From an uncultured Gemmatimonadales bacterium (GTDB taxonomy: Bacteria > Gemmatimonadota > Gemmatimonadetes > Gemmatimonadales > Gemmatimonadaceae), in NCBI GenBank assembly GCA_963793305.1, contig CAWBZV010000002.1, positions 1-64,000 on the forward strand: a DNA stretch of 64,000 bases, read 5' to 3'. Positions 1 to 11,129 of this stretch are shown piece by piece; position 1 is the first letter of the stretch; every line of letters starts with the position of its first letter. The notes beneath the pieces are model-generated. The model was not told where the DNA came from, did not search any database, and saw only the letters and a list, made by a program, of their open reading frames with translations. A program made the translations under genes and the position numbers.

Positions 1-69
1 CTTACGCGTCTGGTACCGGCCCGGCGCGCGACGCGCGTCGACCCGCTCACCTGCATTCGAGCGGAGTAG
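1..69 (+). CDS. C-terminal end of an ABC transporter permease (FtsX/MacB-like), partial
   Basis: Frame 1 reads LTRLVPARRATRVDPLTCIRAE*, the typical PARRA..VDP..alR.E permease C-terminus. Confidence 0.75.
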   Translation, partial: LTRLVPARRATRVDPLTCIRAE

Positions 70-90
70 CCGTGGCATTATAATGTAGCC

Positions 91-1453
91 ATGCTAAAGC
101 CAAACCCATACGCGGCGCTGTTGTCGCAGGCGTCGTGTCTTGCGCAATCATATCTCAATGGGATCCGCGAGCGCTTTGCCGGTGTCAGCGACGCGGCCCC
201 GGATCGGCATGCGCCGCCTGGGCGGAGAGCTGACGGAGGTGGGCGAGGATCCGCACGAGGTCCTGCGTCTCCTCCACGAAGCGGGATCCCCGGCGACCAC
301 GGCAAGTATGGGCGGGCGCTACTTCGGCGGTGTCGTCGGAGGGTCTCTGCCCGTCGCCGTCGCCGCACACTGGCTCGCGGGCGCGTGGGATCAGAATGCC
401 TGTCTCTTCGAGATCTCGCCGGTCTCGGCGTACCTCGAGGACATCGTGCTCCCGTGGATCGCGAAGCTCTTCGGGCTGCCCCCGAGTTGCGGCGGAGCGC
501 TCACCACCGGGACGCAATGGCCAACGTCACCGCCTGGCCGCGGCGCGACACGTGCTGTTGGCCGGTTGCGGCTGGGATGTCGAGCAGGATGGGCTCTTCG
601 GGGCCCCACCGATCTCGGTCGTGGTTGGAGAGGAAGTCCACGCGACCATGTACAAGGCACTGGCGTTGCTCGGCTTCGGGCGGGGTCGCGTGATCACGGT
701 TCCTGCGGACAGCCAAGGCCGCATGCAACCGTCGGCCATTCCCACCCTGCGCGGTCCGGCGATCATCTGCGCGCAGGCCGGAAACGTGTACGCCCGGTGC
801 GTGCGAACATCTGTCGCGCCGATATCTGCAATGTGGCGAGAAAAACGGCGCGTGGGTGCACGTTGACGGCGCGTTCGGGCTGTGGGCCGCCGTATCGCCC
901 CGACATCGGCATCTGGTCGAAGGATTGGATCGCGCGCACTCATGGGCGACCGACGCGCACAAGTGGCTCAACACTCCCCACGACTGCGGGATCGCGTTCG
1001 TGATCGCGCCGCTCTCGCTCGCGCAATGGCGATTTCAGGGACCTACTATCCTGATACCGCCGAGCGCGATCCCATGCGATGGGGGCCAGAGTCGTCGCGG
1101 CGTGCCCGGGGCGTCGAGCTCTGGGCAGCGCTGCGCACCCTGGGTACCGCGGGACTCGCGGAGCAGATCGATCGGACGTGTCGTCATGCGACTCGCTTCG
1201 CGCAAGGACTCCGCGCGGCCGGATACGCGGTCTTGAACGACGTGCAGCTCAACCAGGTCCTGGTGTCCTTCGGATCGGATGCGGTCGCCGACCAGGTCAT
1301 CGCAAAGGTTCAATCGCTCGGTGTGTGCTGGTGCGGAGGAACGGTCTGGAAAGGACGAAAGGCCATGGCGTTGCAGCGCCTCGTCCTGGGCAACCACGAA
1401 GGGATGTGGATCGCAGTTTGACATCAATCATATCGGCCGCCCCCATTTCATGA
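91..1453 (+). CDS. Group II PLP-dependent (aromatic amino acid-type) decarboxylase, several frameshifts
   Basis: Pieces in different frames: GRYFGGVVGG/WDQNA, EEVHATMYKALALLG, HVDGAFGLW, DAHKWLNTP (PLP lysine), SRRARGVELW; stop overlaps the next ATG. Confidence 0.85.
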
Positions 1454-2318
1454 TCATCCCACTCGCCCTGGCCTTCGCCGCTCTCGCGGCCGTGTAGCCC
1501 GACACCGAGCCCGCCGTCTTCACCACGCCGCTCGAGCCGTTCAAGATCTCGGGCAATCTCTACTACGTCGGATCGCGGGACCTCGCCGCCTATCTGGTCG
1601 TCACCCCCGACGGCAATATCCTGATCAACGCCAATCTCGTGTCGTCCCCCGCACAGATTGGCCAGAGCATCGAGCAGCTCGGCTTTCGCTGGGCCGATAC
1701 GAAGATCCTCCTCAACAGCCAGGCCCACTACGATCACACCGCGGGCGCGGCCGAGGTGCTCAGCGAGACCCATGCCCGATACATGGTCATGGACGGCGAT
1801 GTCGAGGTTATCACGACCGGCGGCGCGACCGACTTCAATGCCAGGCTCCCCGCACTTTCCACCCGCGCACGTGGATCGCACCCTGCACGATAACGACGCG
1901 GTGACGCTCGGCGGAACGACACTCATCGCCCACAAGACCGCCGGACATACCCGCGGTTGCACCACGTGGACTATGCAGACGCATGACGGAGGCCGCACGC
2001 TCAACGTCGTGATCGTCGGCGGCTGGTCATCGAATCCCGGCGTAGCGCTCGTCCCCAGCCATGGCAAACCCGCGGCCTATCCAGGCATCACGACGGACTT
2101 CGATCGAGCCTTCGCGACCCTCAAGGCGTTGCGCTGCGACATCTTCCTCGGCGCGCACGGCGTGTACTTCGACCTGCTCGCCAAGCACGATCGCATGGCC
2201 ACCGTCGGACCGTCCGTCTGGGATAGATGCAATCAGGTACGCCAAGGCCGTGGCCGATCACGAAGCCGACTATCGGCAAGAGCTCGCGCGTCAGCAAAAC
2301 CCAACGCTCGGTAACTAG
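1450..2318 (+). CDS. Subclass B3 metallo-beta-lactamase (Q-variant motif), interrupted by an in-frame TAG at 1495-1497 and two frameshifts
   Basis: Signal peptide MIIPLALAFAALAAV; EPFKISGNLYYVG; LLNSQAHYDHTAG; TAGHTRGCTTW; DIFLGAHG. Confidence 0.85.
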
Positions 2319-3258
2319 CAGCGCGCCCGCCACAGGCGCACTGCTTCCTGGCCGAGAATGTCCGGAAATTCCTCCGGCCAAAAGAGCTTGGCCCCCGCCA
2401 CACGGTGCACGCCGCGCGAGCGCGGAAAAGTTCTATCGAGGTAGTCCGCGTCCGCCGGAGAGAAAATGGTATCGGCCATGCCCCACACGATCCTGAGTGG
2501 CACATCGCTGCGTGGCAACCCGGCCAACGGATTGGGCGTCAAGCCGAGAGCGTATGCGTGCAGGAGTGCTTTCCGGCTGGGCGAGCTCACGAGTGGCCAC
2601 AGGTCGGCGTCGATTGCCTCGTCTGTCGGGTGCGAGGAGTCGGCGTAGCACTGGCCGCCGAGGCCCTGCGCCGAGCGGGCGAGCTGCTTGTCGGCGAGCC
2701 ATGGCACGAGCCAACGATCCGCGAAGGTGCCCTCGCGGGCCATTGTGCGATGACGGGAAGCACTGCGGCAGGCGGGCTGTCGGGCTCCACATCGCAATTG
2801 GTGAGGAGCAGCGTGCGGACCCGATCCGGATACCGGGTCACGAAGAGTTGCGCAGGCGATGGCGCCGCCGCTGTCGTTCGCCACGAGGTCGACGCGCCGA
2901 ATGGACAGGGCATCGAGGAACGCGGCCAGCATCGAGACCTGAGCCGGTGGCGTGACGCTCTGGCCCGGGGCGACGACCGTGTAGCCCAGGCCCATGAAGT
3001 CGGGCGCCACGCATCGACGGTAGGCCGAGAGCCGGTCGAGCGCGCCCCGCCACTGGAAGCCGTTGAGTGGGAAGCCGTGCAAGAAGAGCGCAACGTCACC
3101 GGCTCCGCGCTCGACGTAGGCAATGCGTCCGAACGAGGTCTCAGCGAAACGTCGCGATGCGTGGAAGGTCGCGGCGGTCATGGGTCGCGGGAGGCGTGAC
3201 AGGCAGGCCGTCACCACCGTCGTCGCCGCGGTCTCTCCAGAAATGTTCGTCGATTCAT
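2315..3258 (-). CDS. Alpha/beta-fold hydrolase (haloalkane dehalogenase/epoxide hydrolase-like) with Tat-like N-terminus, frameshifted
   Basis: MNRRTFLE start at 3258; LFLHGFPLNG, APDFMGLG, ANDSGG nucleophile elbow. Confidence 0.8.
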
Positions 3259-3427
3259 GAGTGAGGTCGGTGGCGAGTGCCGGAGGGGGAGCCGTGCCAT
3301 AGTAGATCGCCCGCGTAATCGCCCGGATGACGGCGAGGATGGCAATGACCGAGTACCAGCAGGGCCGCCCGAATGATCACGCGTTGCATGTCCTTGATAC
3401 GTTTGCCGGGCGAGAGCAGATACGTCT

Positions 3428-4309
3428 TCAGCGCACGACGTTGAGCGCGACGACCGGCGTCACGGTGCGAGTAATGTTGCGCCGATCTCGATCGCGCGCG
3501 CGCCGACGATGATGCCGACGCCCGCGTTCCAGTTGTACTCGATCGCCGGCGTAAAGCCGACGGCGGCGCTGGATCCCGTATGCCTAACGCTGCCGCCGCC
3601 GACCACGCGCGTATCGCCGTTCCATCCGTAGTTCGCGTCGAGCGCCAGCACCCAGTTGCGCGTCAGGCTGTATTCGCCGGAGAGATCGATGAACGTGGAT
3701 GCGCCAGGAACGGCGTCCCCGCGGAATCCCGTACTCGTGCCGTACACGCTCGCGTCGGCGATCGGCACGCGAGTCGACCATACCGTCTGCTGGACGTCCA
3801 TCCGCGCGCGTACTATTCGGCCGTTCGGCATCCAGAAGTACGTTTGCGAGTAGAGCGCCAGCGTCGTCGTGTATGCGCCAGCGCCGAACCCGTCGCTCGT
3901 GCGGTCACCGAGCCGGTCGTATTTTCCGGTCGGAAACGTCTCCTGGATGCGAACCAACGTCGTCGGCACCCAGCTTCCCGACGTGAAATTGCGTGAGCCG
4001 ATACTGGGCCTGTGCGGTGAGGTCCTCGAACCCGATGCTGGAGCTGTAGGCGACGATCGGAATCACGCCGACCGATACCCGGTCGATCAGACCGTAAATG
4101 AGATATGTGCGCGAGGTGAACGTCTGCGAGTGAGCGGCGATAACGTCGTAGACGTAGGGTTCGAACAGCATGTGCCCCGCCGGGAGCGTCGCCGCGCCGG
4201 CGGCTTGTAAGAAACCTGTCCACCAGGCATCGCCGAGCGACTCCTGGCCGGCGCATGGCGACGCGGCCAGGACGCCAAGTGCGAGCGCGGATGCGCACAG
4301 GCGCCGCAT
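3428..4309 (-). CDS. Secreted protein, probable outer-membrane beta-barrel ('transporter'-type), frameshifted
   Basis: Signal peptide; WWTG..AATLPAGHMLFEPY; FPTGKYDRL; alternating beta-strand pattern; split over ORFs 3905-4720 and 3460-3969. Confidence 0.6.
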
Positions 4310-5027
4310 CACGCCGTCGCGGCGCGCGCCCGCGGCTTGCAGCGCCTGGATCGCGAGTATGTACGGTCGCGGCCCGTGGCTCACCCGGGCGGACACCGAT
4401 GGCGGCGAGCTCACGCAGGGTCGGAGTCCGATCGCCGACCATGATGTTGACGGGTAGCGGGGAAGCCTCCACGAGCTGGCGGATGCGCGCTTTGTCCTTG
4501 AGCCGGGCACCGAGGATGCCATCCGCGCCCGCGGCCGCGTATGCGCGCGCACGCGCGATCGCGGCCCCAATCTGGTCCTCGCCCGGCTGCAGGAATACGT
4601 CGGTACGCGCGTCAATGAAAAACGCAGCATCGGCAGACTCTCGTGCCTCGCCGATGCGCGCATTGCTCCGCGATCTCCCGGAGGCTTCCGTCCGCGGGGC
4701 GGCTGTCCTCCAGATTGCACCCGACCGCTCCCGCCTGGATCGCCAGCGCGATCGTCTCGCCAACGTCCGCGTATCCGCTCTCGAGGTCGACGGTGACCGG
4801 CAGCTCAGTCGCGCAGACGATCCGGCGCAGATTGTGTCGACCGCCAACTCCACCGGAATGCGCTCGCCATCCACGAACCCGTGGGCGGCGGCGACCGACC
4901 AACTACTCGTGGCGATCGCTTTCGCGCCACTCATGGCCACGGCTTTGGCGCTGCCGGCGTCCCAGACATTGAACAGCACGAGCGGTGCGCCGCTCGTGTG
5001 CAGCGCGCGGAACGCTTCCGCCGTCAT
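4309..5027 (-). CDS. Isocitrate lyase/phosphoenolpyruvate mutase family protein, frameshifted
   Basis: FRALH..PLVLFNVWDAGSA, ATSS, VDLESGY, GCNLED, FIDARTDVF, YAAAGADG. Confidence 0.85.
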
Positions 5028-5167
5028 CGCTTCGCCGACCGGTGTGCTTCCTTCAACTTCACGGCGCACGCGTCGCAGCAGACCTCGACGGACTGACCGC
5101 CAATGGTGACCTGGACCGTGCGCGCATCGAGCGTGCAATCGCACGCGGCACATGTTCTCTCTGGCAT
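5024..5167 (-). CDS. Small Cys-rich (CxxC...CCxxC) metal-binding protein, 47 aa, absent from the ORF track
   Basis: Manual translation MPERTCAACDCTLDARTVQVTIGGQSVEVCCDACAVKLKEAHRSAKR*; stop overlaps the downstream ATG. Confidence 0.7.
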   Translation of the reverse strand: MPERTCAACDCTLDARTVQVTIGGQSVEVCCDACAVKLKEAHRSAKR

Positions 5168-5212
5168 GGCCAGAGTATGCCGCGCCGGAGAAGTCAGCGG
5201 CTATCGAATTAT

Positions 5213-6043
5213 TTAGCGATCGAGCGCCGTGCGCCGAAACCGTGCCGGCGATCTCCCATACATCTCGCGGAACGCCGCGGAGAAATGACTGTGGCTCGAG
5301 AAGCCGAGCTCGAGGCCGAGCGCGGTGAGGTCATCGTACCGCTCAATGAGATCGAGCGCCCTGGCGAGTCGGAGCCGCAACTGGTAGGGTAAGTGGCACC
5401 CCTTCCACTTGCTGGAACACCTGGGTCAGATAGACGGGTGACCCTCCACCGACCTCCGACGCAATCTCAGCCAACGTCCACCGCCGCCCGGCTCGCTGGC
5501 CAGCACGAGCTTCGCCCGGTCCACGAGTCGCTGGCGATGGACGCTGGACCCCGGCGCGCGGGTCGTCCGCGGGCCAACGGCTCGCCGCATGAGCGTGAGC
5601 GCGAGACTCTCGGCCTCCAACGGCTCCGCAACGCCCTGCCGAAGGCTGTGCCGCAGCAACATGATCAACGCCTGTGCCCGCGGATCGATCCGCAACCGGT
5701 GTGGCCGGAACGCAAGCGCAGCGCCGCCGGCCAGAAAGCCGCGCGGAACCAGCTCGCGCAGCGTGGGCTCATCAATGATCAGCGTCAGGCTCGCATCGCC
5801 GCCCTGCACCGGGTGGCTGACGCGATATCCCTCGCCGGCATTGAAAAACAACACCTGATTGGCGTCGGCCACCGCCTGATCACCACCGAGGTGGCGGACG
5901 TACACGCCCCGATACGGGAACACCAACTGCGTCGCCGTCGCACACTCTTCCGGCGACACATCCCGGTGACTCCCGCGGCAGTACACATCGCGGATCGTCA
6001 CCGTGGGCGTGGCCAGCAGGGTTTGGACGGCGAACTCCGACAT
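5213..6043 (-). CDS. AraC family transcriptional regulator, frameshifted
   Basis: N-terminal cupin-like part in ORF 5426-6238; C-terminal HTH LGFSSHSHFSAAFREMYGRSP in another frame. Confidence 0.85.
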
Positions 6044-6137
6044 GCCTGAAATATGGCGGACAGACGGCCAGGAGACACCGGCGAGACGCGGGGCACTTAG
6101 GAATGAGCCTGCCGATAACCCCCGACCGAGGTGTCCC

Positions 6138-6674
6138 ATGCTCGACCATCGATACGTTGCCGCATTTGTTGCGTTGGCGCTTGCCCCACTCGCCGTTCGC
6201 GCGCAGAAGGATGTCGCGTCGTGCAAACCGTTGCTCAATGCGGCCGCGAAGCAGGCCAGTACGCCGTTTCACGGCTATATCACGAACTCGGCCGTCGTGC
6301 CGGGCGGCAAGCCCCGGCAAGACGGGATGATCTCGGTCGGTGGCCAGCACTATTTCCAGATCCAAGGCCAGTGGATGCGAAGCAAGCTCGATGCGACCGC
6401 TCTGGCGAAACAGGGCGAGGAGAACATGCGCACGGCGACCGTGGTCTCATGCCGCCGCGTCCGCGATGAGTCGGTTGGAGGCGTCAGCGCGGTCGTGTAT
6501 AGCACGCACATGGTGAACGAAGGCATCACGTCGGACGGAATGACGTGGATCGCGCAAGGCACCGGGCTCACGCTTCGTAGCGAATCGGACATAGACACCG
6601 GCGACGGAGAGAAGAATCACATCGCCTCGCGCTACGAGTACACGAATGTCCACGCGCCCGCGGTCGCGGAGTAG
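6138..6674 (+). CDS. Secreted hypothetical protein
   Basis: GAGG RBS, signal peptide, two Cys, beta-rich sequence. Confidence 0.65.
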   Translation: MLDHRYVAAFVALALAPLAVRAQKDVASCKPLLNAAAKQASTPFHGYITNSAVVPGGKPRQDGMISVGGQHYFQIQGQWMRSKLDATALAKQGEENMRTATVVSCRRVRDESVGGVSAVVYSTHMVNEGITSDGMTWIAQGTGLTLRSESDIDTGDGEKNHIASRYEYTNVHAPAVAE

Positions 6675-6683
6675 TAGGGCGGC

Positions 6684-8714
6684 CTACCGTGGTATCACCG
6701 GAAGCACCACGTGCGACGGATGCGCGGCGTCGTGCACCAGCTGCTGGTGCGCCACCACGAACGTGCTGTCACGCTCGTTGTTCCCACCGGTCCCCAAGTT
6801 GCGATCGTACTTCGGGAACAGCGCCGACGAGACGCTGACCCTGAGCCTGTGGCCAGGCTCGAAGACGCGCGAGGTGAACCACAGATCGATATCATACCGC
6901 TCGACGCTCCCCGGGGTGACCAGCACTTCCTTGTCGTACCCCCTTCGGAATCGTGCGCGGACCAGGCCGTCCTGCACTCGCTCGGCGTGTCCATCGGGAA
7001 ACACGTCGAGGAGCATCACGTTCCAGTCGGCGTCCTTGGCGTCGGTCGCCGCCCAGATCGTCGCCGACATCGGGCCCGTCACCTCAATGGGCTTCGTGAC
7101 AGGCTGTGACGTGAAGACCAGCTCGTCGTGCCGCGAGGCGTTGAGCGCCGCGTAATCCTCGTTGAGCAATGTCTCCAGCTCTCGCGAGTCGATGAGAAAG
7201 GGCGTTGGATTCGCGGGGTCGTAGGTGAACGTATCGACCGCGATCCCGCTCGGCGGCAGGGTATCGAGGACGCCGCCGGACGCCATGTACCACTTGGTTG
7301 GCACCGCGCGGGCGAGCGGCCACGCGGTTTCCTTTCGCCACGTGTTGTCACCGAACACGAACACGTCCACCGGTGGCTCCCGATCGACACCGTTGTCCTT
7401 CCCGAGGAGATAGTGATCGAACCAGCGGAGCTGCAGGCGCCGCGCGTCGACCCGTGACTGTGGCCCGAAATCGCCGGCCACATAGTCGACGCCTTTGTGT
7501 GCTCCCGGGCCCATGACCACCCGAATGAACGGATGCCTCGGCACCTTGTCGAGCGCGTCCGTGTAGTCAACCGGCCCGCGGGAGTCATCGTACCACCCGG
7601 AGATCTGGAGCACCGGTGCGCGCACGCGCGCGATGTTCGTCGTCACGGCATGCTCGATCCAGTACGCGTCGAGCGTCGGGTGCGCGAGCCATCGGTCCCA
7701 GATCGCCACGTCGCCGCAGCCGAGCTGCTGCGGCAAGTCGCTGAGCGGGAGGTGCATGAGCGCCGGGCCAATGTCCAGGTCGTTGATATCCTGCAACGTG
7801 CGCGCGCGCATGAGGCACACCCATGCCACGTTGATCGGCGAGAACACCATGTCCTCGTACGGCACGATCCGCCAGGGGTCACCGGTGGCCGCCAATGGCG
7901 CGATCGCCGCCGAATGCGGCGGGGCGCTGACCGCGGCGTACCACGCGAGCCGGCCTTCGTCCGAGTGCCCGATCAGTCCGACTCGTCCGTTGGCGCCCGG
8001 CAGCTTCGCGGCCCATTCGACGGCGTCATACCCGTCGCGCACGTCCGTGTCGTAGTCGCCAAAGTTGGTTCCGTCCGAGACATCCCGGCCGCGTACGTGC
8101 TGCGCGACGAAGATGTATCCGCGCGACGCCCAGTAGCGGCCGGCGCGGTGGAGAATGCGGGTGTACGGCGTACGCTGCAGCACGACGCCGAACGGCCCCG
8201 AGCCCACGGGACGCGCGATGTAGTTGGCGAGCCGCGCGCCATCCCGGGTCTTCATGAACACCAAGGTGTCTTCGCTGACGGCGTACTGGGAATCGGAGAC
8301 AGCGCCGGGCCACAGTGCGTAGAATTGCTCCATGACGAACGGTGTGGTCCGCCGCACGAGACGAATCCGCCGGCCAACCGGTTTGCCGCCAGTCAGCATC
8401 ACGCCGGTCAGCGTGTCTCCGTGCCAGGCAGCGTCGATCGATTGATCGCCGCCGCTCAAGACGATCGAGTCGGCTCGTGTGGCGACCCGAGTGACCGCGA
8501 CGATCGTGTCACCGGTGCGACGGCGGATCGATCCCGAATCGCTCGTATCGAAGTGGGCGAACCCCATCCGTCGCCACCCCTCGAAGCCCGGGTGCGCGGT
8601 CGAGCCGTCCGCCAGGTACGCGTCCCAGTCGCCCGCGAGACTCGGGTTCCCGACACGCGGCGCGCAGGCCGCGGCGAGAGTGCCGAGGACGAGGATAGAG
8701 TATTTTGGTGCCAT
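6684..8714 (-). CDS. CocE/NonD family hydrolase (peptidase S15-like), lipoprotein
   Basis: Lipobox LAAAC; RDGARLA, RTPY, GHSDEG nucleophile, GWYDD, C-terminal PepX-like domain. Confidence 0.9.
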   Translation of the reverse strand: MAPKYSILVLGTLAAACAPRVGNPSLAGDWDAYLADGSTAHPGFEGWRRMGFAHFDTSDSGSIRRRTGDTIVAVTRVATRADSIVLSGGDQSIDAAWHGDTLTGVMLTGGKPVGRRIRLVRRTTPFVMEQFYALWPGAVSDSQYAVSEDTLVFMKTRDGARLANYIARPVGSGPFGVVLQRTPYTRILHRAGRYWASRGYIFVAQHVRGRDVSDGTNFGDYDTDVRDGYDAVEWAAKLPGANGRVGLIGHSDEGRLAWYAAVSAPPHSAAIAPLAATGDPWRIVPYEDMVFSPINVAWVCLMRARTLQDINDLDIGPALMHLPLSDLPQQLGCGDVAIWDRWLAHPTLDAYWIEHAVTTNIARVRAPVLQISGWYDDSRGPVDYTDALDKVPRHPFIRVVMGPGAHKGVDYVAGDFGPQSRVDARRLQLRWFDHYLLGKDNGVDREPPVDVFVFGDNTWRKETAWPLARAVPTKWYMASGGVLDTLPPSGIAVDTFTYDPANPTPFLIDSRELETLLNEDYAALNASRHDELVFTSQPVTKPIEVTGPMSATIWAATDAKDADWNVMLLDVFPDGHAERVQDGLVRARFRRGYDKEVLVTPGSVERYDIDLWFTSRVFEPGHRLRVSVSSALFPKYDRNLGTGGNNERDSTFVVAHQQLVHDAAHPSHVVLPVIPR

Positions 8715-9409
8715 GCGCATAGGCGACATGAATTGGATGCAGGTAGAAGAATACCTGCGACACGACGACCGCGCCGTGCTGCCGCTCGGAAGCACCGAGC
8801 AGCACAGCTATCTGCGGCTCACGGTCGATTGTCTCCTCCCCGAGCGCGTGGCCGTGGACGCCGCCGAGCCACTCGGGATCCCCGTGTTTCCCGTCGTGCC
8901 GTACGGCGTGACGCCCTACTTCCGCGAATTCCCGGGCACCATCTCGCTCCGCATCGAAACGCATCTGCGCGTCATCCGCGACATTCTCAATGGTCTGGCG
9001 CACAGCGGCTTTCGCCGTATCCTCATCGTCAACGGTCACGGCGGGAACAGTGCCGCGCAACCGTTCGCGCAAGAATGGGCTGCCGATCACCCGCAGTGTC
9101 GGGTGGTCTTCCATAACTGGTGGAACGCGCCGCTCACCTGGGCCAAGGTACAGGCGATCGATCCGATCGCGTCACACGGGTCGTGGATGGAGAATTTTCC
9201 GTGGACGCGCCTTCCAGGGATCCAGAATGCCCGCGACGCAGCGGCCAATGGTCGATCTCGCGCGAGTGCGTGTCCTCGACCCGAAAGCGTTGCGAGAGTA
9301 TATCGGTGACGGCAATTACGGTGGCCTGCATCAACGGTCGGACGACGACATGGCCGCGCTGTGGCGGGTCGCGGTGGAAGAAACACGCGCGCTGCTCGAA
9401 GGCCTGTAA
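8713..9409 (+). CDS. Creatininase family amidohydrolase, one frameshift near 9230
   Basis: LPLGSTEQH, VNGHGGN, HGSWME motifs. Confidence 0.9.
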
Positions 9410-10413
9410 TGACGCGATGTCTCGTCTGGGGCGCGGGCGCAATCGGTGGGACCGTGGGGGCGCACCTCGCGCGCGCCGGCCACGACGTGACGCTCGTGGA
9501 CACGGCGGACGAGCATGTGGCCGCGGTCAATCGCGTCGGACTTGCCATCGAAGGACCCATCGCCACGTTCACCGTGCGATTGCGGGCATTCACACCAGCC
9601 ACTGTGGCGGGCGAGTGGGATACGATCGTGCTCGCGACCAAGGCGCACCACACTGAGGCCGCCACGCAGGCGCTGCTTCCGCATTTGGCGCCTGGAGGCT
9701 GCGTCATCTCGGCTCAGAATGGGCTCAACGAGCTCGCGATCGCGAGTATCGTCGGCCCCGCACGAACAGTCGGAGCCTTCGTGAATTTCGGGGCGGACTA
9801 CATGCAGCCCGGGGTCATTCACTACGGCGGCCGTGGGGCCGTGGTCCTCGGCGAGATCGATGGCGCCATCACGCCGCGCGCCAACGCGATCCGTGATGCG
9901 TGGCTCGATTTCGACACCCAGGCGATCGTCTCGCGGAATATCTGGGGCTACTTATGGGGCAAGGAGGCGTACGGCGCCATGCTCTTCGCCACAGCACTCA
10001 CCAACGAATCGATCGCCAATGCCCTGGCGATGCGGCAATATCGTGGGTTGTATGTCGCGCTCGCACGGGAGATTCTCGCGGTGGCCGACGCACGCGGCGT
10101 CACGCCCGAAGCGTTCAATGGGTTTGACCCGGCTGCGTACGGACCGCGCGCCACAGGCGAGGCCGCGTCGCGTTCGCTCGACGCCCTCGTCGCGCACAAC
10201 CGCCGCTCCGCCAAATCCCACAGCGGCATCTGGCGCGATCTCGCCGTGCGCAAACGGCGCACGGAAGTGGACGCGCAACTCGGTATCGTCGTGTCACTCG
10301 GCCGCGAGGCAGGCGTCGCGACGCCGCTCACCGCCCGCCTCGTCGAGCTGATACACGACATCGAAAACGGCGTCCGCCCTATGTCGCTCGAAACATTGGA
10401 TGCGCTCACATGA
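9409..10413 (+). CDS. Ketopantoate reductase (PanE/ApbA) family oxidoreductase
   Basis: GAGAIGG, LATKA, SAQNGL, SGIWRDL..R.TEVD. Confidence 0.88.
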   Translation: MTRCLVWGAGAIGGTVGAHLARAGHDVTLVDTADEHVAAVNRVGLAIEGPIATFTVRLRAFTPATVAGEWDTIVLATKAHHTEAATQALLPHLAPGGCVISAQNGLNELAIASIVGPARTVGAFVNFGADYMQPGVIHYGGRGAVVLGEIDGAITPRANAIRDAWLDFDTQAIVSRNIWGYLWGKEAYGAMLFATALTNESIANALAMRQYRGLYVALAREILAVADARGVTPEAFNGFDPAAYGPRATGEAASRSLDALVAHNRRSAKSHSGIWRDLAVRKRRTEVDAQLGIVVSLGREAGVATPLTARLVELIHDIENGVRPMSLETLDALT

Positions 10414-11129
10414 TGAAGACCGTCGTCGTCACCGGAGCCGCCCACGGCTTCGGCCGTGCCATCAGCCTGGCGTTCGCCGAGCGCGGCGCGAGCGTGTGGG
10501 CGTGTGACGTGATCGAGGACGAGTTGCGCGAAACTGGCAAGGTATACACCACGCGCGTCGTGGACGTGCGCGACCGTCGAGCTGTCGACGCGTTCGTGGC
10601 GGAGGCCGGTCACGTCGACGTTCTGGTCAACAACGCCGGCGGCGTCTTGAACCAGGTCGGCCGTCCGCTCGAAGAAGTGACGCCGGAGCAGTGGCAGAGC
10701 ATCTTCAACGTCAACGTGACCGGCGCGTTCTATTGCGCGCAGGCCGTTGCTCCGGGCATGAAGGCCGCACGCGGCGGGCGTATCATCAATATTTCAAGCG
10801 GCGCCGGCCTAGGCATAAGCCTCACCGGCATCCAGGCGTACGCCTCCGCGAAAGCTGCGCAGATTGGCCTGACACGACAACTCGCGCACGAGCTGGGCCC
10901 GTGGGGCATCACGGTGAATTGCATCGCGCCGGGATTCGTGCGCTCGAACGCCGCCACCGAGCGCCAGTGGGAATCGTATGGCGCAGCGGGGCAGCGCGCA
11001 CTCATCGACGGCATCGCGCTCAAGCGCCTGGGTATGAGCGAGGACATCGCAAACGGCGTTCTGTTCTTCGCGTCCGAGGAGGCCAACTGGATCACGGGCC
11101 AGGTGCTCGCCATCGACGGCGGAAAGTGA
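10410..11129 (+). CDS. SDR family oxidoreductase
   Basis: TGAAHGFG, NNAG, YASAK, NCIAPG. Confidence 0.92.
   Translation: MMKTVVVTGAAHGFGRAISLAFAERGASVWACDVIEDELRETGKVYTTRVVDVRDRRAVDAFVAEAGHVDVLVNNAGGVLNQVGRPLEEVTPEQWQSIFNVNVTGAFYCAQAVAPGMKAARGGRIINISSGAGLGISLTGIQAYASAKAAQIGLTRQLAHELGPWGITVNCIAPGFVRSNAATERQWESYGAAGQRALIDGIALKRLGMSEDIANGVLFFASEEANWITGQVLAIDGGK

Noticed and set aside
1495..1497. TAG recoding or readthrough as a genome-wide code change (in-frame TAGs at 1495 and 49121)
   Set aside because: Many genes clearly end in TAG (for example 69, 6674, 13498, 57518). The TAG at 1495 lies in the error-rich region.
3204..3389. Small membrane ORF upstream of the alpha/beta hydrolase (AAGGA-ATG at 3389, minus strand)
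   Set aside because: It needs a frameshift to read sensibly and overlaps the hydrolase start, so support is insufficient.
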